The notes beneath the pieces are model-generated. The model was not told the DNA's origin, searched no databases, and was given only the letters and a program-made list of their open reading frames with translations. A stretch of 64,000 nt of DNA from an uncultured Desulfurococcaceae archaeon (GTDB lineage: Archaea; Thermoproteota; Thermoprotei_A; Sulfolobales; NBVN01). A program made the translations under genes and the position numbers. Positions 18,743-27,797 of this stretch are shown here, in pieces (positions within the stretch are counted from its first letter, which is position 1; the number at the start of each line of letters is the position of its first letter). The stretch is taken from contig CAZZLT010000052.1 of the NCBI GenBank assembly GCA_964655125.1, forward strand, positions 9,273-73,272. The letters are read 5' to 3'.

Positions 18743-18795
18743 CTAATACATACTATTTCTTCTAGGAGTTATAAGTTAGAAGCTTAACTTCCCTC

Positions 18796-19983
18796 TTAAG
18801 AGGTTAATTCCTTCGGTGTATACATACTTAAGTTCCTGAATACTATCAACTTCTCTTTACTCCCTAACTCACTATCCTTAATCACATCTTCTAACTCCTT
18901 AATTACAGATATCATTAATTCTCTCTTTATGGGGAACGGAATACCATCCTTACCACCTACTACGAAGGAATACTTAAACGGATCGTAAGGATGTGTTACT
19001 GGGTCGTTAAGTGATGGTGGTTCACGATATATTAACTCAGATATTAAGCTTAAAGCCCTGAATACCTCACTACCTACGTTAGGTACTAGTAAGAGTTCTT
19101 CAATAGTTGAGGGACTTACCTCGTAAATACTCTTAAGCTTAAGTAAGAGTTCTTGAGTGAGTTTTACCGGTCTATAATATGGGATATTTCTAATATCTGA
19201 CTTACTAATACCACTGAAGTTAAGTATATTACGACTACTTAATGAATACTCATCTAAACCTTTAATACCCTTTAATACCCTGTTAACATATGTAATCATA
19301 TTAAACACTTTCTTAGGCTCATCCCTAACTAAATCTAAGATAACATTCTTACAACCTCTAGACTCCCTATCTAGGAGGTTGAGGACTACCCCCCTATAAT
19401 CTGAAGAAATACCTGAATGTGGTTCTTCATGAATAACTGATGATGAATACCAAGCTATATGATACCTACGTGCAAGTTTTAAATCCGTATTCATACCTTG
19501 CTGAATTACAACCCACATACCCCTCTCATTAAAAGCTATTACGTGATGATAGAGTGTGAAGCCGTCTTGAAGTAATACTGTATCTACTTTAGCTGATAAC
19601 TTAGAATACTTGATTAATTCATTAGCTACTGATGTACTCATACCTAGTTCTTCACAATATCTTAAGACCTCATCAGGTGTTTCTAAAGCTGCCTTACCCT
19701 TACCACCAGCAATCCTAACCCCTAAATTCAACTCGTTAAGTACTTCCTTAATTATAGCTGTAGTTACTGTAGTTGAACCACTACTATCCCAATCCATACC
19801 TATAGCATTGTTAAATGCTTGAAACCATAAAGGGTTTGATAACCTCTTCAGTAGTCCCTCATAACCGAACTCTATAATTAATACCTTTAATATCCCCCTA
19901 GCTAAGGACTTCATAAGATTAGCTAACCATTGAGGAACATGCCCGCTATGTAATGGTAAGTCAGCATAACCGCTAAGTGACAT
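18796..19983 (-). CDS. DUF763 domain protein
   Basis: 395-aa ORF. The N-terminus ADLPLHSGHVPQWL...RLSNPLWFQAF..IGMDWDSSGSTT matches my memory of the DUF763 signature. It overlaps the NfeD stop by 11 nt. Confidence 0.8.
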   Translation of the reverse strand: MSLSGYADLPLHSGHVPQWLANLMKSLARGILKVLIIEFGYEGLLKRLSNPLWFQAFNNAIGMDWDSSGSTTVTTAIIKEVLNELNLGVRIAGGKGKAALETPDEVLRYCEELGMSTSVANELIKYSKLSAKVDTVLLQDGFTLYHHVIAFNERGMWVVIQQGMNTDLKLARRYHIAWYSSSVIHEEPHSGISSDYRGVVLNLLDRESRGCKNVILDLVRDEPKKVFNMITYVNRVLKGIKGLDEYSLSSRNILNFSGISKSDIRNIPYYRPVKLTQELLLKLKSIYEVSPSTIEELLLVPNVGSEVFRALSLISELIYREPPSLNDPVTHPYDPFKYSFVVGGKDGIPFPIKRELMISVIKELEDVIKDSELGSKEKLIVFRNLSMYTPKELTS

Positions 19984-21289
19984 ACTTACGCACCACTAAG
20001 TAATTACCCTCCTGCCTTACAACATATACTAACTCACCCGGCTCGATAACTTCTTCAGATTTAGCTAACCAATACTCACCCTCAACAAACACATAACCGT
20101 AGCTATTAGGTGTTAACCTATCAATCGCCCTACCAACACTCCCTTCAAAATTAAATATATGTTTCCTCATCCTCCTAATCTTAACTACTTCTCTAACTAT
20201 TAATAACATTACCGATCCACCTATAATACCTAGAGATAATGCAGTAAGTCTAAGAAGTAGGATTTGCTCAGGGGTTAGGATAAGTGTTGTTGGTATTGAC
20301 GAAGGTATTAAGAGTATACCGAATACTAAGAAAGCTATCCCGGCAATCCCAGTTACCCCAAACCCAGGTATTACGAAGATCTCTAAAGCTAATAGTAATG
20401 CACCTAAGACCAACATCATTAGTGAAGCTATATTAGGATTAAAACCTGAACCTATGAGGCCTAAGATTAGGAAGAGTAGAGCTAATGGTATAGCGTATAG
20501 ATGTGCTGAGGCTATAGAGAATATTAAAGCCATAACACCTACTGTAATTAAGACACTACTAACTAATGGGTTAGTAAGTATTGATAGTGTCCTAGACCTC
20601 ATACCGCAGGTGTAGTACTGATATGACTTAATACTGATTATATATTTATTAGAATTTATACTTACTTCAACACCGTTAACCTTCTTAATCAATTCATTTA
20701 AATCAACTACTATAAAGTCTGCAATACCGTACTTAACAGCATCATAAGAACTTAAGACTAGATTAGACCTTACAAACTCCTCAACAACTGAGGTATTCCT
20801 ACCCCTACCTCCAGCGTATATAGTAGCTTTTTGGATTATAGGGTTTAAAACCTTACTTTCATTCACATACCTGATACTACCTGTTAATGGGTCGTAAACT
20901 ATTGGTTGCATAGCACCTATTACTGAGTTAGGTGCTAACGCTATCACATGTGTTGGTAGTAGTATTAACGTACCTGCACTTAATGCCTTGCCACCTACTA
21001 CATAACCTATTACTGGAGTCTTAGCTGAGTATATAGCGTCTGCGATAGTAAATGCTGAATCAAGCCAACCCCCATAAGTATCTAACTCTAATATCAGTAT
21101 AGAGTTAGTATCCTCAGCATAACTTAAAGCATTTAATACACATTCAGTAATTCCAGGATCTATGTTATCCCAAGGTGGTCCTACATATATTACCAAAGCT
21201 TTATCAATAGTTAGAGCTTCTCCATAGTATACAGCAGTGGTTAGAGTAAGTAGGAGGAATATTAATAATACTATTAATTTAGAGTTCAT
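19973..21289 (-). CDS. NfeD-family membrane-bound serine protease (stomatin-specific, ClpP-like)
   Basis: 438-aa ORF with a signal/TM segment, a ClpP-like domain (ELDTYGGW, KALSAGTLI), a multi-TM block and a C-terminal OB-like NfeD domain. It overlaps the stomatin gene by 4 nt. Confidence 0.85.
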   Translation of the reverse strand: MNSKLIVLLIFLLLTLTTAVYYGEALTIDKALVIYVGPPWDNIDPGITECVLNALSYAEDTNSILILELDTYGGWLDSAFTIADAIYSAKTPVIGYVVGGKALSAGTLILLPTHVIALAPNSVIGAMQPIVYDPLTGSIRYVNESKVLNPIIQKATIYAGGRGRNTSVVEEFVRSNLVLSSYDAVKYGIADFIVVDLNELIKKVNGVEVSINSNKYIISIKSYQYYTCGMRSRTLSILTNPLVSSVLITVGVMALIFSIASAHLYAIPLALLFLILGLIGSGFNPNIASLMMLVLGALLLALEIFVIPGFGVTGIAGIAFLVFGILLIPSSIPTTLILTPEQILLLRLTALSLGIIGGSVMLLIVREVVKIRRMRKHIFNFEGSVGRAIDRLTPNSYGYVFVEGEYWLAKSEEVIEPGELVYVVRQEGNYLVVRKYVT

Positions 21290-22095
21290 GAGCTACTTTC
21301 CTTCTCCTCCCTACTTAAATACTTAACAACTCCTAAAGATGTTGATAGTGCTGAGACTTGAGGTCTTGAAGTCTCAGTAACTACTATTAATGCTCTCTCC
21401 TTAGCAATCTCAGTTAGAGTTTGTAACTCTCTTAATCTGATAGCTACTGCATGTTTCTCATACTCCTCAGCAGCTTCAGCAAGTATCTTAGAAGCTTGTT
21501 TCTCACCCTCAGCCTCTATAATCCTAGCCCTCCTCCATCTCTCAGCCTCAGCCTGCTTAGCCATAGCTCTCTTCATAGCTTCAGGTAACTCAACACTCTT
21601 TAAAGTAACACTAACTACTTTTATACCCCAAGGCATAGTAGTCTCATCTATAATTCCCTGAATTCTCTTATTTATCTCATCCCTCTTAGAGAGTAGATCG
21701 TCGAGTTCTGCCTGACCTATAACATCCCTTAATACCGTCTGACTTAATAATGTTACTGTATACGGGTAGTTAGCAACCTTAGTAATAGCTTTCTCAGGAT
21801 CTACTACTCTATAATAGACAACAGCATCGACATCTACTGTAACATTATCTCTAGTTATTATCTCCTGTCTAGGGACGTCAGTAGTTACGACTCTAAGGTC
21901 TACCCTCGCTAAACTATCTATGAAGGGTATTATGAAGAAGAGACCTGGACCCTTAACGCCTTTTAACCTACCAAGTCTAAATATTACAGCCCTCTCATAC
22001 TCTTTAACAATCTTAATACTAGCACTTAAGAATGCTATCCCAAACAGTGCTACGAAGATTATCAATATTAATCTGAATATATCCAAATTCTGCAC
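21286..22095 (-). CDS. stomatin / SPFH (band 7) family protein
   Basis: 269-aa ORF with an N-terminal TM helix, an SPFH core (YERAVIFRLGR...DLRV...TRDNV) and a coiled-coil tail (AEAERWRRARIIEAEGE). Confidence 0.9.
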   Translation of the reverse strand: MQNLDIFRLILIIFVALFGIAFLSASIKIVKEYERAVIFRLGRLKGVKGPGLFFIIPFIDSLARVDLRVVTTDVPRQEIITRDNVTVDVDAVVYYRVVDPEKAITKVANYPYTVTLLSQTVLRDVIGQAELDDLLSKRDEINKRIQGIIDETTMPWGIKVVSVTLKSVELPEAMKRAMAKQAEAERWRRARIIEAEGEKQASKILAEAAEEYEKHAVAIRLRELQTLTEIAKERALIVVTETSRPQVSALSTSLGVVKYLSREEKESSS

Positions 22096-22141
22096 CTAAG
22101 TAAGGTTATTCTTCAATAAATTTAAACTTAAGCTTACGTTT

Positions 22142-22624
22142 ATGTTATGTAGGGTAGTTGAGGTAGTTATTGTGGGGAGAGTTAAGGGTTATACAGCTGA
22201 ACGTGAGTTAGTTATTAAGTTATGGAAGTTAGGTTTTGCTGTAATGAGGGCACCTGCAAGTGGTTCTAAGATTAGGAAAGCTAAATACCCTGACGTAGTT
22301 GCTATTAAGTCAGGTAAGGTATTAGTATTTGAGGTGAAGAGTAGGTCTAAAGCAGAGAACATATACTTAAGGAGTGAGCAGGTAGAGAAATTAAGGGAGT
22401 TTACTGAGAGGTCTGGAGGTCAAGCATACATAGTTATTAAACTCTCAGGTAGTGATTGGAGAGTTATAGAACTTGAGTGTCTGGAGAAGATGCCTAACGG
22501 TAATTATAGATTGAGTAAGGAGTTAATAATGAAGAGTAAGACACTTGATGAACTCCTTAGGAACTTAAGATTAATACCGTCATTAGAAGACTTTATAAAG
22601 AGGTCAACCTATGAAGGAGGTTAA
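22142..22624 (+). CDS. hjc: Holliday junction resolvase Hjc
   Basis: Contains GYTAERELVIKLWKLGFAVMRAPASGS...PDVVAIKSGKVLVFEVKSR (the E..D..EVK nuclease core). The true start is probably the in-frame GTG at 22172 (VGRVKG...). Confidence 0.88.
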   Translation: MLCRVVEVVIVGRVKGYTAERELVIKLWKLGFAVMRAPASGSKIRKAKYPDVVAIKSGKVLVFEVKSRSKAENIYLRSEQVEKLREFTERSGGQAYIVIKLSGSDWRVIELECLEKMPNGNYRLSKELIMKSKTLDELLRNLRLIPSLEDFIKRSTYEGG

Positions 22625-22811
22625 GAAGTATTCAAACATAGAGAAAGATTTAGAATTAGAAGTTATTGAGGAGTACGTAATTGATGGAATACACAGATTC
22701 AAACTTAGAATTAAAGGATCTAATATAATCTTTAACGTAAGTGCTGAAGATCTTGAGGAAGCTGTTAAGAAGGTTATTAATATGATGAAATCCCTTAAAT
22801 TAATTCAGTAA
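22611..22811 (+). CDS. hypothetical small protein
   Basis: 66-aa ORF overlapping the hjc 3' end by 14 nt; no family recognised. Confidence 0.4.
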   Translation: MKEVKKYSNIEKDLELEVIEEYVIDGIHRFKLRIKGSNIIFNVSAEDLEEAVKKVINMMKSLKLIQ

Positions 22812-22815
22812 TTTA

Positions 22816-22925
22816 TGGGGCCGCCGGGATTTGAACCCGGGACCTTACTGAGGGTTAACCCTACCAGCGTTCTAGCGGGGATTCCTCCCCAGGCTGGCAT
22901 CCTTGCCAAGCTAGACGACGGCCCC
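22816..22925 (-). tRNA. tRNA-Pro (anticodon GGG) with two introns
   Basis: The minus strand reads GGGGCCG-UC-GUCU-AGCUUGGCAA-GGAU-G-CCAGC-CUGGGG[AGGAAUCCCCGCUAGAA]C-GCUGG-UAGGGUUAACCCUCAGUAAGGUC-CCGGG-UUCAAAU-CCCGG-CGGCCCC-A. The acceptor has 7 bp and the D, anticodon and T arms all pair. The gene is 110 nt against about 76 expected. A 17-nt insert sits at 37/38 (22870-22886) and an ~18-nt insert in the variable region (~22845-22863). CCA is not encoded. Confidence 0.85.
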
Positions 22926-22948
22926 CTAACCCATAATAAATAAAGTAG

Positions 22949-22956
22949 TATTTAAA
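22949..22956 (-). promoter_or_regulatory. TATA box of tRNA-Pro promoter
   Basis: TTTAAATA on the minus strand spans -24 to -31 relative to the tRNA 5' end, the canonical archaeal spacing. Confidence 0.5.
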
Positions 22957-23058
22957 CCTTAACCTTAACTTAACAACTCATATGGTAATCAACACTTCAA
23001 TCATTATAAAATTTTAATTTACTTAATAATAGTTTAGATCAGCTAATGGTGCTGGTAG

Positions 23059-23448
23059 GTGGGGAAGAAGAGATTCGGTATTGCTATACCTACAGAGTTA
23101 GTTAATGAGTTAGACACCCTAGTTAAAGATCTCAACATGAATAGATCTAGGCTTGTAGAACAAGCAATCAAGGAATTCCTATGCGAATTTAAACACTATT
23201 TAAAACCTCATGAATGTACTGGTGTAATGTTGATATTTGATACAGCTTCTAGTAGGTCTTCAGATATTATTGATGAGTTTAGAGATATAATACTAGCGTA
23301 TACTCACCACCACATAGAAGACCGTTGTATAGAAATCATAGTCTTAAAAGGTAGTTCTGAAACCATAGCCAAACTCCATAAGAAATTACTAGGTAATAAC
23401 TGTAGATGTCGTTTCATCCCATTCCATCTTATAGGTCATGACATCTAA
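23059..23448 (+). CDS. nikR: NikR-family ribbon-helix-helix metal-responsive regulator
   Basis: 129-aa ORF with an N-terminal RHH (FGIAIPTELVNELDTLV...NRSRLVEQAIKEFL) and a C-terminal ACT-like domain carrying a His/Cys cluster (AYTHHHIEDRCIEIIVLKG). Confidence 0.7.
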   Translation: MGKKRFGIAIPTELVNELDTLVKDLNMNRSRLVEQAIKEFLCEFKHYLKPHECTGVMLIFDTASSRSSDIIDEFRDIILAYTHHHIEDRCIEIIVLKGSSETIAKLHKKLLGNNCRCRFIPFHLIGHDI

Positions 23449-23605
23449 CAATCTATGATGACCTCAACTCTTTTTAGACATTAATAACTATTCAGTATAA
23501 GCCTCCGACTACGATCATATAATAGAACTACATAACAACTTAAAACATTTATTTATGTATTACCATAGTAAGGTGTAGAGCTATGTTTAAGTCAGTGGTG
23601 ATACC

Positions 23606-23848
23606 TTGATTAAGAATAAGTATCAATGTATAGTATGTGGTAGAGTCTTCCCCGAAGGTCAGGGAGTAATACTGAGAGTTGATGATGATATCATACCCTT
23701 ACATAGCAGTAAGTGTGCTATGAAATTCTTAAGGAATGTTATTGAGAGGTTAGAACCTTCTATAGTTAGAGGGGTTATTAAGGATGTTAAGAGGGAGTTT
23801 CACGAGTTATTAGAGAAGCGTTTGAAGGAATCTAGTAAGAAGATATGA
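23606..23848 (+). CDS. L24e/TRASH-like zinc-ribbon protein (not the ribosomal protein itself)
   Basis: 80-aa ORF. QCIVCGRVFPEGQGVILRVDDDIIPLHSSKCAMKF follows the L24e/TRASH pattern C-x2-C-G..PG.G....D....(F/L)(C/H)SSKC...F, but the tail is acidic rather than basic. Confidence 0.45.
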   Translation: MIKNKYQCIVCGRVFPEGQGVILRVDDDIIPLHSSKCAMKFLRNVIERLEPSIVRGVIKDVKREFHELLEKRLKESSKKI

Positions 23849-23851
23849 AGT

Positions 23852-24718
23852 TCATGAAGACTCTGTCTTCATACCCCTTAAAGCCTTAATAATACTGTCC
23901 TTAACTACAAGTCCTACTAAGGTACCCTTCGAATTAACTACAGGTAGACATCCTACCCTATTCTTAACCATGATGTCTGCAGCTTTAGCTAGATCCTCAT
24001 TATGTGGTACTATAATTGGGTCAGTAGTCATAACATCACTAGCTATTAAGACAGTATTAGATTTAAATACCTCACATAAACTCCTTAATGTTTTCGATGA
24101 ACTACTGAAACTTCGAATGTATACGTTAATGTTTAAGAGTGGTTGTAATACATCAGATTTAGTTATAATTCCTAACGGCTTACCATCACTAACTACTACT
24201 ACCTTCCCAGCACTTGACTGTAGTAGAACGTCAATTACGTAGAATATACTATGTGTAGGTGAGACTATGGTAGGGTTATCTAACATAAAGTCTGAAACCT
24301 TAAACATACCGTGGAACTTCTGTGAGAATGCTCTTAAAACGTCGTGTTTCGTAATTATACCTACTAACTCCTCATTACTGTCAATAACTGGTAGATGACT
24401 TACTCCCTGCTTACTCATGAAGTTAGCAACAGATTTTATGGTCTTATTAGGTGATGTCGCATATACCGGGGTTGTCATTATCTCATCAACTTTAACAGTA
24501 TCTAAAGGTTTTAGGTACCGCTTCCTATTATACGCTATCTTAATAAAATCCCCCTTACATACTATACCTACAACCCTCCTACCCTCCATAATCACGACAC
24601 TTCCTACTCTATGCTTAAACATTAAGTCTCTTACAGTGAGTATAGAGTCCTCAGCCGTAGCTCTTACTACTGGAAAACTCATATATGACGATACTTTAGG
24701 AACCACATGTATCACCAA
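23852..24718 (-). CDS. CBS domain-containing protein (four CBS repeats)
   Basis: 288-aa ORF with four repeats of the pattern V.D.M....V.......(I/V)......M......LPV(V/I)....LVGI(I/V)T..D(V/I). Confidence 0.85.
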   Translation of the reverse strand: MVIHVVPKVSSYMSFPVVRATAEDSILTVRDLMFKHRVGSVVIMEGRRVVGIVCKGDFIKIAYNRKRYLKPLDTVKVDEIMTTPVYATSPNKTIKSVANFMSKQGVSHLPVIDSNEELVGIITKHDVLRAFSQKFHGMFKVSDFMLDNPTIVSPTHSIFYVIDVLLQSSAGKVVVVSDGKPLGIITKSDVLQPLLNINVYIRSFSSSSKTLRSLCEVFKSNTVLIASDVMTTDPIIVPHNEDLAKAADIMVKNRVGCLPVVNSKGTLVGLVVKDSIIKALRGMKTESS

Positions 24719-24772
24719 TACCTTAATTCGTAATATTTAAACGTTCCAAAATTTATAAAGTATAAAGACTGA

Positions 24773-26710
24773 TTATACGTTAGATACACCTACAATCCTA
24801 CTAGGACCAGGTATCTTCAATACAATACTGTTAACGTCTAAATACTTTAACCTCCTTTCCCTCTCAGTAAAATACTTAATTATTTTCTTAGCTATAGCTT
24901 CCTTCCCTTCACTACCTGGTTGTAACACTACGTAGACCTTACACTTACTCCTTATATAATCTTCAGGACCTACTATCAACTTATAGTAATTACCATTAAT
25001 AGATACACCTAAAGCTAATTCCAACTTAATATTCTTCAAGTAGTTCTTCTCACCATAAATCATGAACGACCCTAAACCCAGGTACTCACCTGCAGGTGCT
25101 TTCTTACTTACTTGCTTCCCGTAAACCCAGAAAACATCTAGGTTTCCAAACCCCTCCCTCCACCCCCTACTATAACACGCTGCTAGAGTAGCAACTTCGT
25201 AGAGGCTCTTCTCAGATGGTATCCTACCATCACATTTAATTATGAAGACTGACGCACCTGTAATATCAGCATGCATAAATATGTCATTATCGCTTAAGTA
25301 CTTCTTCACTATCTTTTCATTCTGTTTAGCATCCCTACCCCCTATAGATAATAACCCATCTGATGTTATTATCCAATGATACTTATCATACCAATCAACT
25401 TTTCTAATTAACGGTACTACTACCTCATCTCTTTCCTTACGTAGTATATCCCTCTTCATTAGTAAGTTGTTGATGACCTCATCAACTTTCATAATCTTAT
25501 CTTCACATTCCTTAATCCCTGACTTAAGCTTTATCAGGTAAGACTTAACACCTTCTCTAACATTTAACTCTACAGTAGTACCCTCTAATACTACCTTAAT
25601 AATCCCTTTACTCCTATCATAATCCTTAACACCACACTTACTTACGTAATCCCAACCAGAAGTCTTAATAGTATCCCAAACACACCTACTAATACTATCT
25701 AGGACTTCGTAATTTACAGCTACGAGATCGTGGAGTCTTCTTAATTCGTTAAGTCTTACTCTAAGACCCTCTAACTCTTTCTTAAGGTCATTAATTAACT
25801 TCTCAGTCTTAACTAACTCATCATCTAGAGTTTTAAGTTCATCTGCTATGAAGTCCTTAGGAATTAATTGTAGGAAGTAATTATCTACAGCTTCGTTAAA
25901 ACTATTAAAAGTTAGTACTTCTAAGTCATCACCTAATCTAGAAGGTTTAAAAGTTAAGAATGCTAGGTACTCGTGAGTATTCTTCGAAGCTATTATTACT
26001 GGTTCAGGTTTTTTAAGTACTTCATCTACGAAAGCTATAACCCTACCCCTAACTTCTGAGATTATATCTTTATCTACGAGGCCAGTAATACGGTCACTTA
26101 ATACTTCATTAACTACTTCCGGAGGTATCCCTAGACCCCTCGTAAGACCTTGTATTAATGATTTATAACTACTGAGTTTTTCGAACCATTCATCAATACC
26201 TAATTTCCTGAAATCCCTAAACATCGGTGGTAATATGTATTTCCTACCTATAACAACCTCTCTATCCTTCCCTTTAAACTCCTTATTAGTTACTACTACC
26301 TTACCTTCAGTATCTGTTAATACTAATATCCCCCTAGGGATTAACTCTACATAAAGTCTATAACTCTCCCTACCTCCAAAAGTTAACACAGCAATCCTCT
26401 CAAACTCTAATTGCTCAATACCAGTAATTTTAAGACCGTTAAGATACCTCCTAAATAACGGTACCCTACCAACACATCCTAATCTAGATATATTCCTAGT
26501 GATATGTAATCTCTCACTAGGTTTAATTAATAAGTAATGAACCTCTCCAGACACACCCCTCAGCTTAAGCACTAAACTACCGGTTGAATCATTATATACG
26601 TTATCTACGAGTGAACAAACTATTAAGTCCTTCAACTCATGTATAACAACAGCTACATCTAAAGAACTAAACACTCTCTTAATAGGGTACCATCTTGAGC
26701 ACGTCATCAT
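24773..26710 (-). CDS. NFACT-family ribosome quality-control protein (FbpA/Rqc2 homologue, DUF814)
   Basis: 645-aa ORF with an N-terminal NFACT-N, a central coiled coil, and a C-terminal NFACT-R/DUF814 block (GRDAKQNEKIVKKY...DIFMHADITGASVFI). Confidence 0.8.
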   Translation of the reverse strand: MMTCSRWYPIKRVFSSLDVAVVIHELKDLIVCSLVDNVYNDSTGSLVLKLRGVSGEVHYLLIKPSERLHITRNISRLGCVGRVPLFRRYLNGLKITGIEQLEFERIAVLTFGGRESYRLYVELIPRGILVLTDTEGKVVVTNKEFKGKDREVVIGRKYILPPMFRDFRKLGIDEWFEKLSSYKSLIQGLTRGLGIPPEVVNEVLSDRITGLVDKDIISEVRGRVIAFVDEVLKKPEPVIIASKNTHEYLAFLTFKPSRLGDDLEVLTFNSFNEAVDNYFLQLIPKDFIADELKTLDDELVKTEKLINDLKKELEGLRVRLNELRRLHDLVAVNYEVLDSISRCVWDTIKTSGWDYVSKCGVKDYDRSKGIIKVVLEGTTVELNVREGVKSYLIKLKSGIKECEDKIMKVDEVINNLLMKRDILRKERDEVVVPLIRKVDWYDKYHWIITSDGLLSIGGRDAKQNEKIVKKYLSDNDIFMHADITGASVFIIKCDGRIPSEKSLYEVATLAACYSRGWREGFGNLDVFWVYGKQVSKKAPAGEYLGLGSFMIYGEKNYLKNIKLELALGVSINGNYYKLIVGPEDYIRSKCKVYVVLQPGSEGKEAIAKKIIKYFTERERRLKYLDVNSIVLKIPGPSRIVGVSNV

Positions 26711-26774
26711 AGTACCTAAGCTTAGATCTCACTACTTAAATATATCTACTCTAGAATTTATTAGGATGTAGTAT

Positions 26775-27047
26775 ATGGATATATTAACACTTAAAGCTAT
26801 TTACGGAGTAATCTCAGGTATAATACTTTATATATTGACTATAGTATTACGTATGTATAGTAGTGAATTCTATATAGACTACATTCTAATAACGATTTAC
26901 TTAATACTATATGTAGGTTACTTACCGTTAATGAAACTCCTCGGTATAAGTCATAAAAAACATCTAACTAAGGGGATAAGCATTTACTACTCTATATCAT
27001 TCATAACGTGGGTTATAATGTATGATTTAACCTCCTCCCTACCATAG
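26775..27047 (+). CDS. hypothetical small membrane protein
   Basis: 90-aa ORF with three hydrophobic helices, followed by hairpin GTAGGA-N8-TCCTAC. Confidence 0.45.
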   Translation: MDILTLKAIYGVISGIILYILTIVLRMYSSEFYIDYILITIYLILYVGYLPLMKLLGISHKKHLTKGISIYYSISFITWVIMYDLTSSLP

Positions 27048-27202
27048 AGAGTAGGAGTTCCTTATCCTACTGACTACATTCTTTTACAGATGATCATCAA
27101 TTAAAATGTGAGGTGAGTAAAGTATTATAAGGTTTTGAAGTATTTGACTATGATGGTAAACACATACTTACTTAAGAGTTAAACCTCTTCGGAGGATATG
27201 AT

Positions 27203-27793
27203 ATGAAGTCCCTCAACACTACTTCAGATTCGATCGTGAGGAGGGATATAGAATTAGAGGAAGTTAAGGAGTGTATTATATGGTATGATACGATCTCAGG
27301 TGTTTATGATGAGTTATACTCTAATGAACAGATGTTAAAATATGATGTTATATTTAGTAGGTTACCGAAGGACTTAGACGTAGTATTAGATGTTGGCTGC
27401 GGTACTGGGAATCTACTTACATACCTAGTTGAGATGGGGTATCGACTAAAGTATTATGTAGGTCTAGATGTAAGTAGTAAGGTCATCAACATAGCATTAC
27501 GTAAAGCAGGGTACTACAAGTATTTAACAGACTTCATAGTCGCTGACCTTACATACCCGCCTATTAGAACTAATTATAAATTTAACCTAATTACATTGAT
27601 AACAGTCTTAAGGAGCCACTACAACGTAGGTAACATAGTTAAGGAATATTTATCTAGAGTTAGGGATAGGGGGTTTATAGTTTATACTGTCTTACATAAT
27701 AAGACTTTAAGGGATGGTAGTCCTAGGTATGAGGAGGTATATATATTAGATTCCTCAGGTGGTATTACGTATGAGTTTAGTAGTGATGCCTAA
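27203..27793 (+). CDS. class I SAM-dependent methyltransferase
   Basis: 196-aa ORF with SAM motif I VLDVGCGTGN and an acidic post-I residue in YYVGLDVS. Confidence 0.75.
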   Translation: MKSLNTTSDSIVRRDIELEEVKECIIWYDTISGVYDELYSNEQMLKYDVIFSRLPKDLDVVLDVGCGTGNLLTYLVEMGYRLKYYVGLDVSSKVINIALRKAGYYKYLTDFIVADLTYPPIRTNYKFNLITLITVLRSHYNVGNIVKEYLSRVRDRGFIVYTVLHNKTLRDGSPRYEEVYILDSSGGITYEFSSDA

Positions 27794-27797
27794 TTAA

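Noticed and set aside
19251-19270. Tandem duplication TTTAATACCC x2 inside the DUF763 gene.
   Set aside because: It is in frame and simply encodes a KGIKG repeat. It is short, gives no sign of a slippage-induced frameshift, and is not a regulatory or mobile feature.
23466-23520. AUGAUGA followed by 12 nt in the nikR/L24e-like spacer, a possible C box.
   Set aside because: No CUGA-type D box or C' box lies at any sensible distance, and there is no G+C enrichment.
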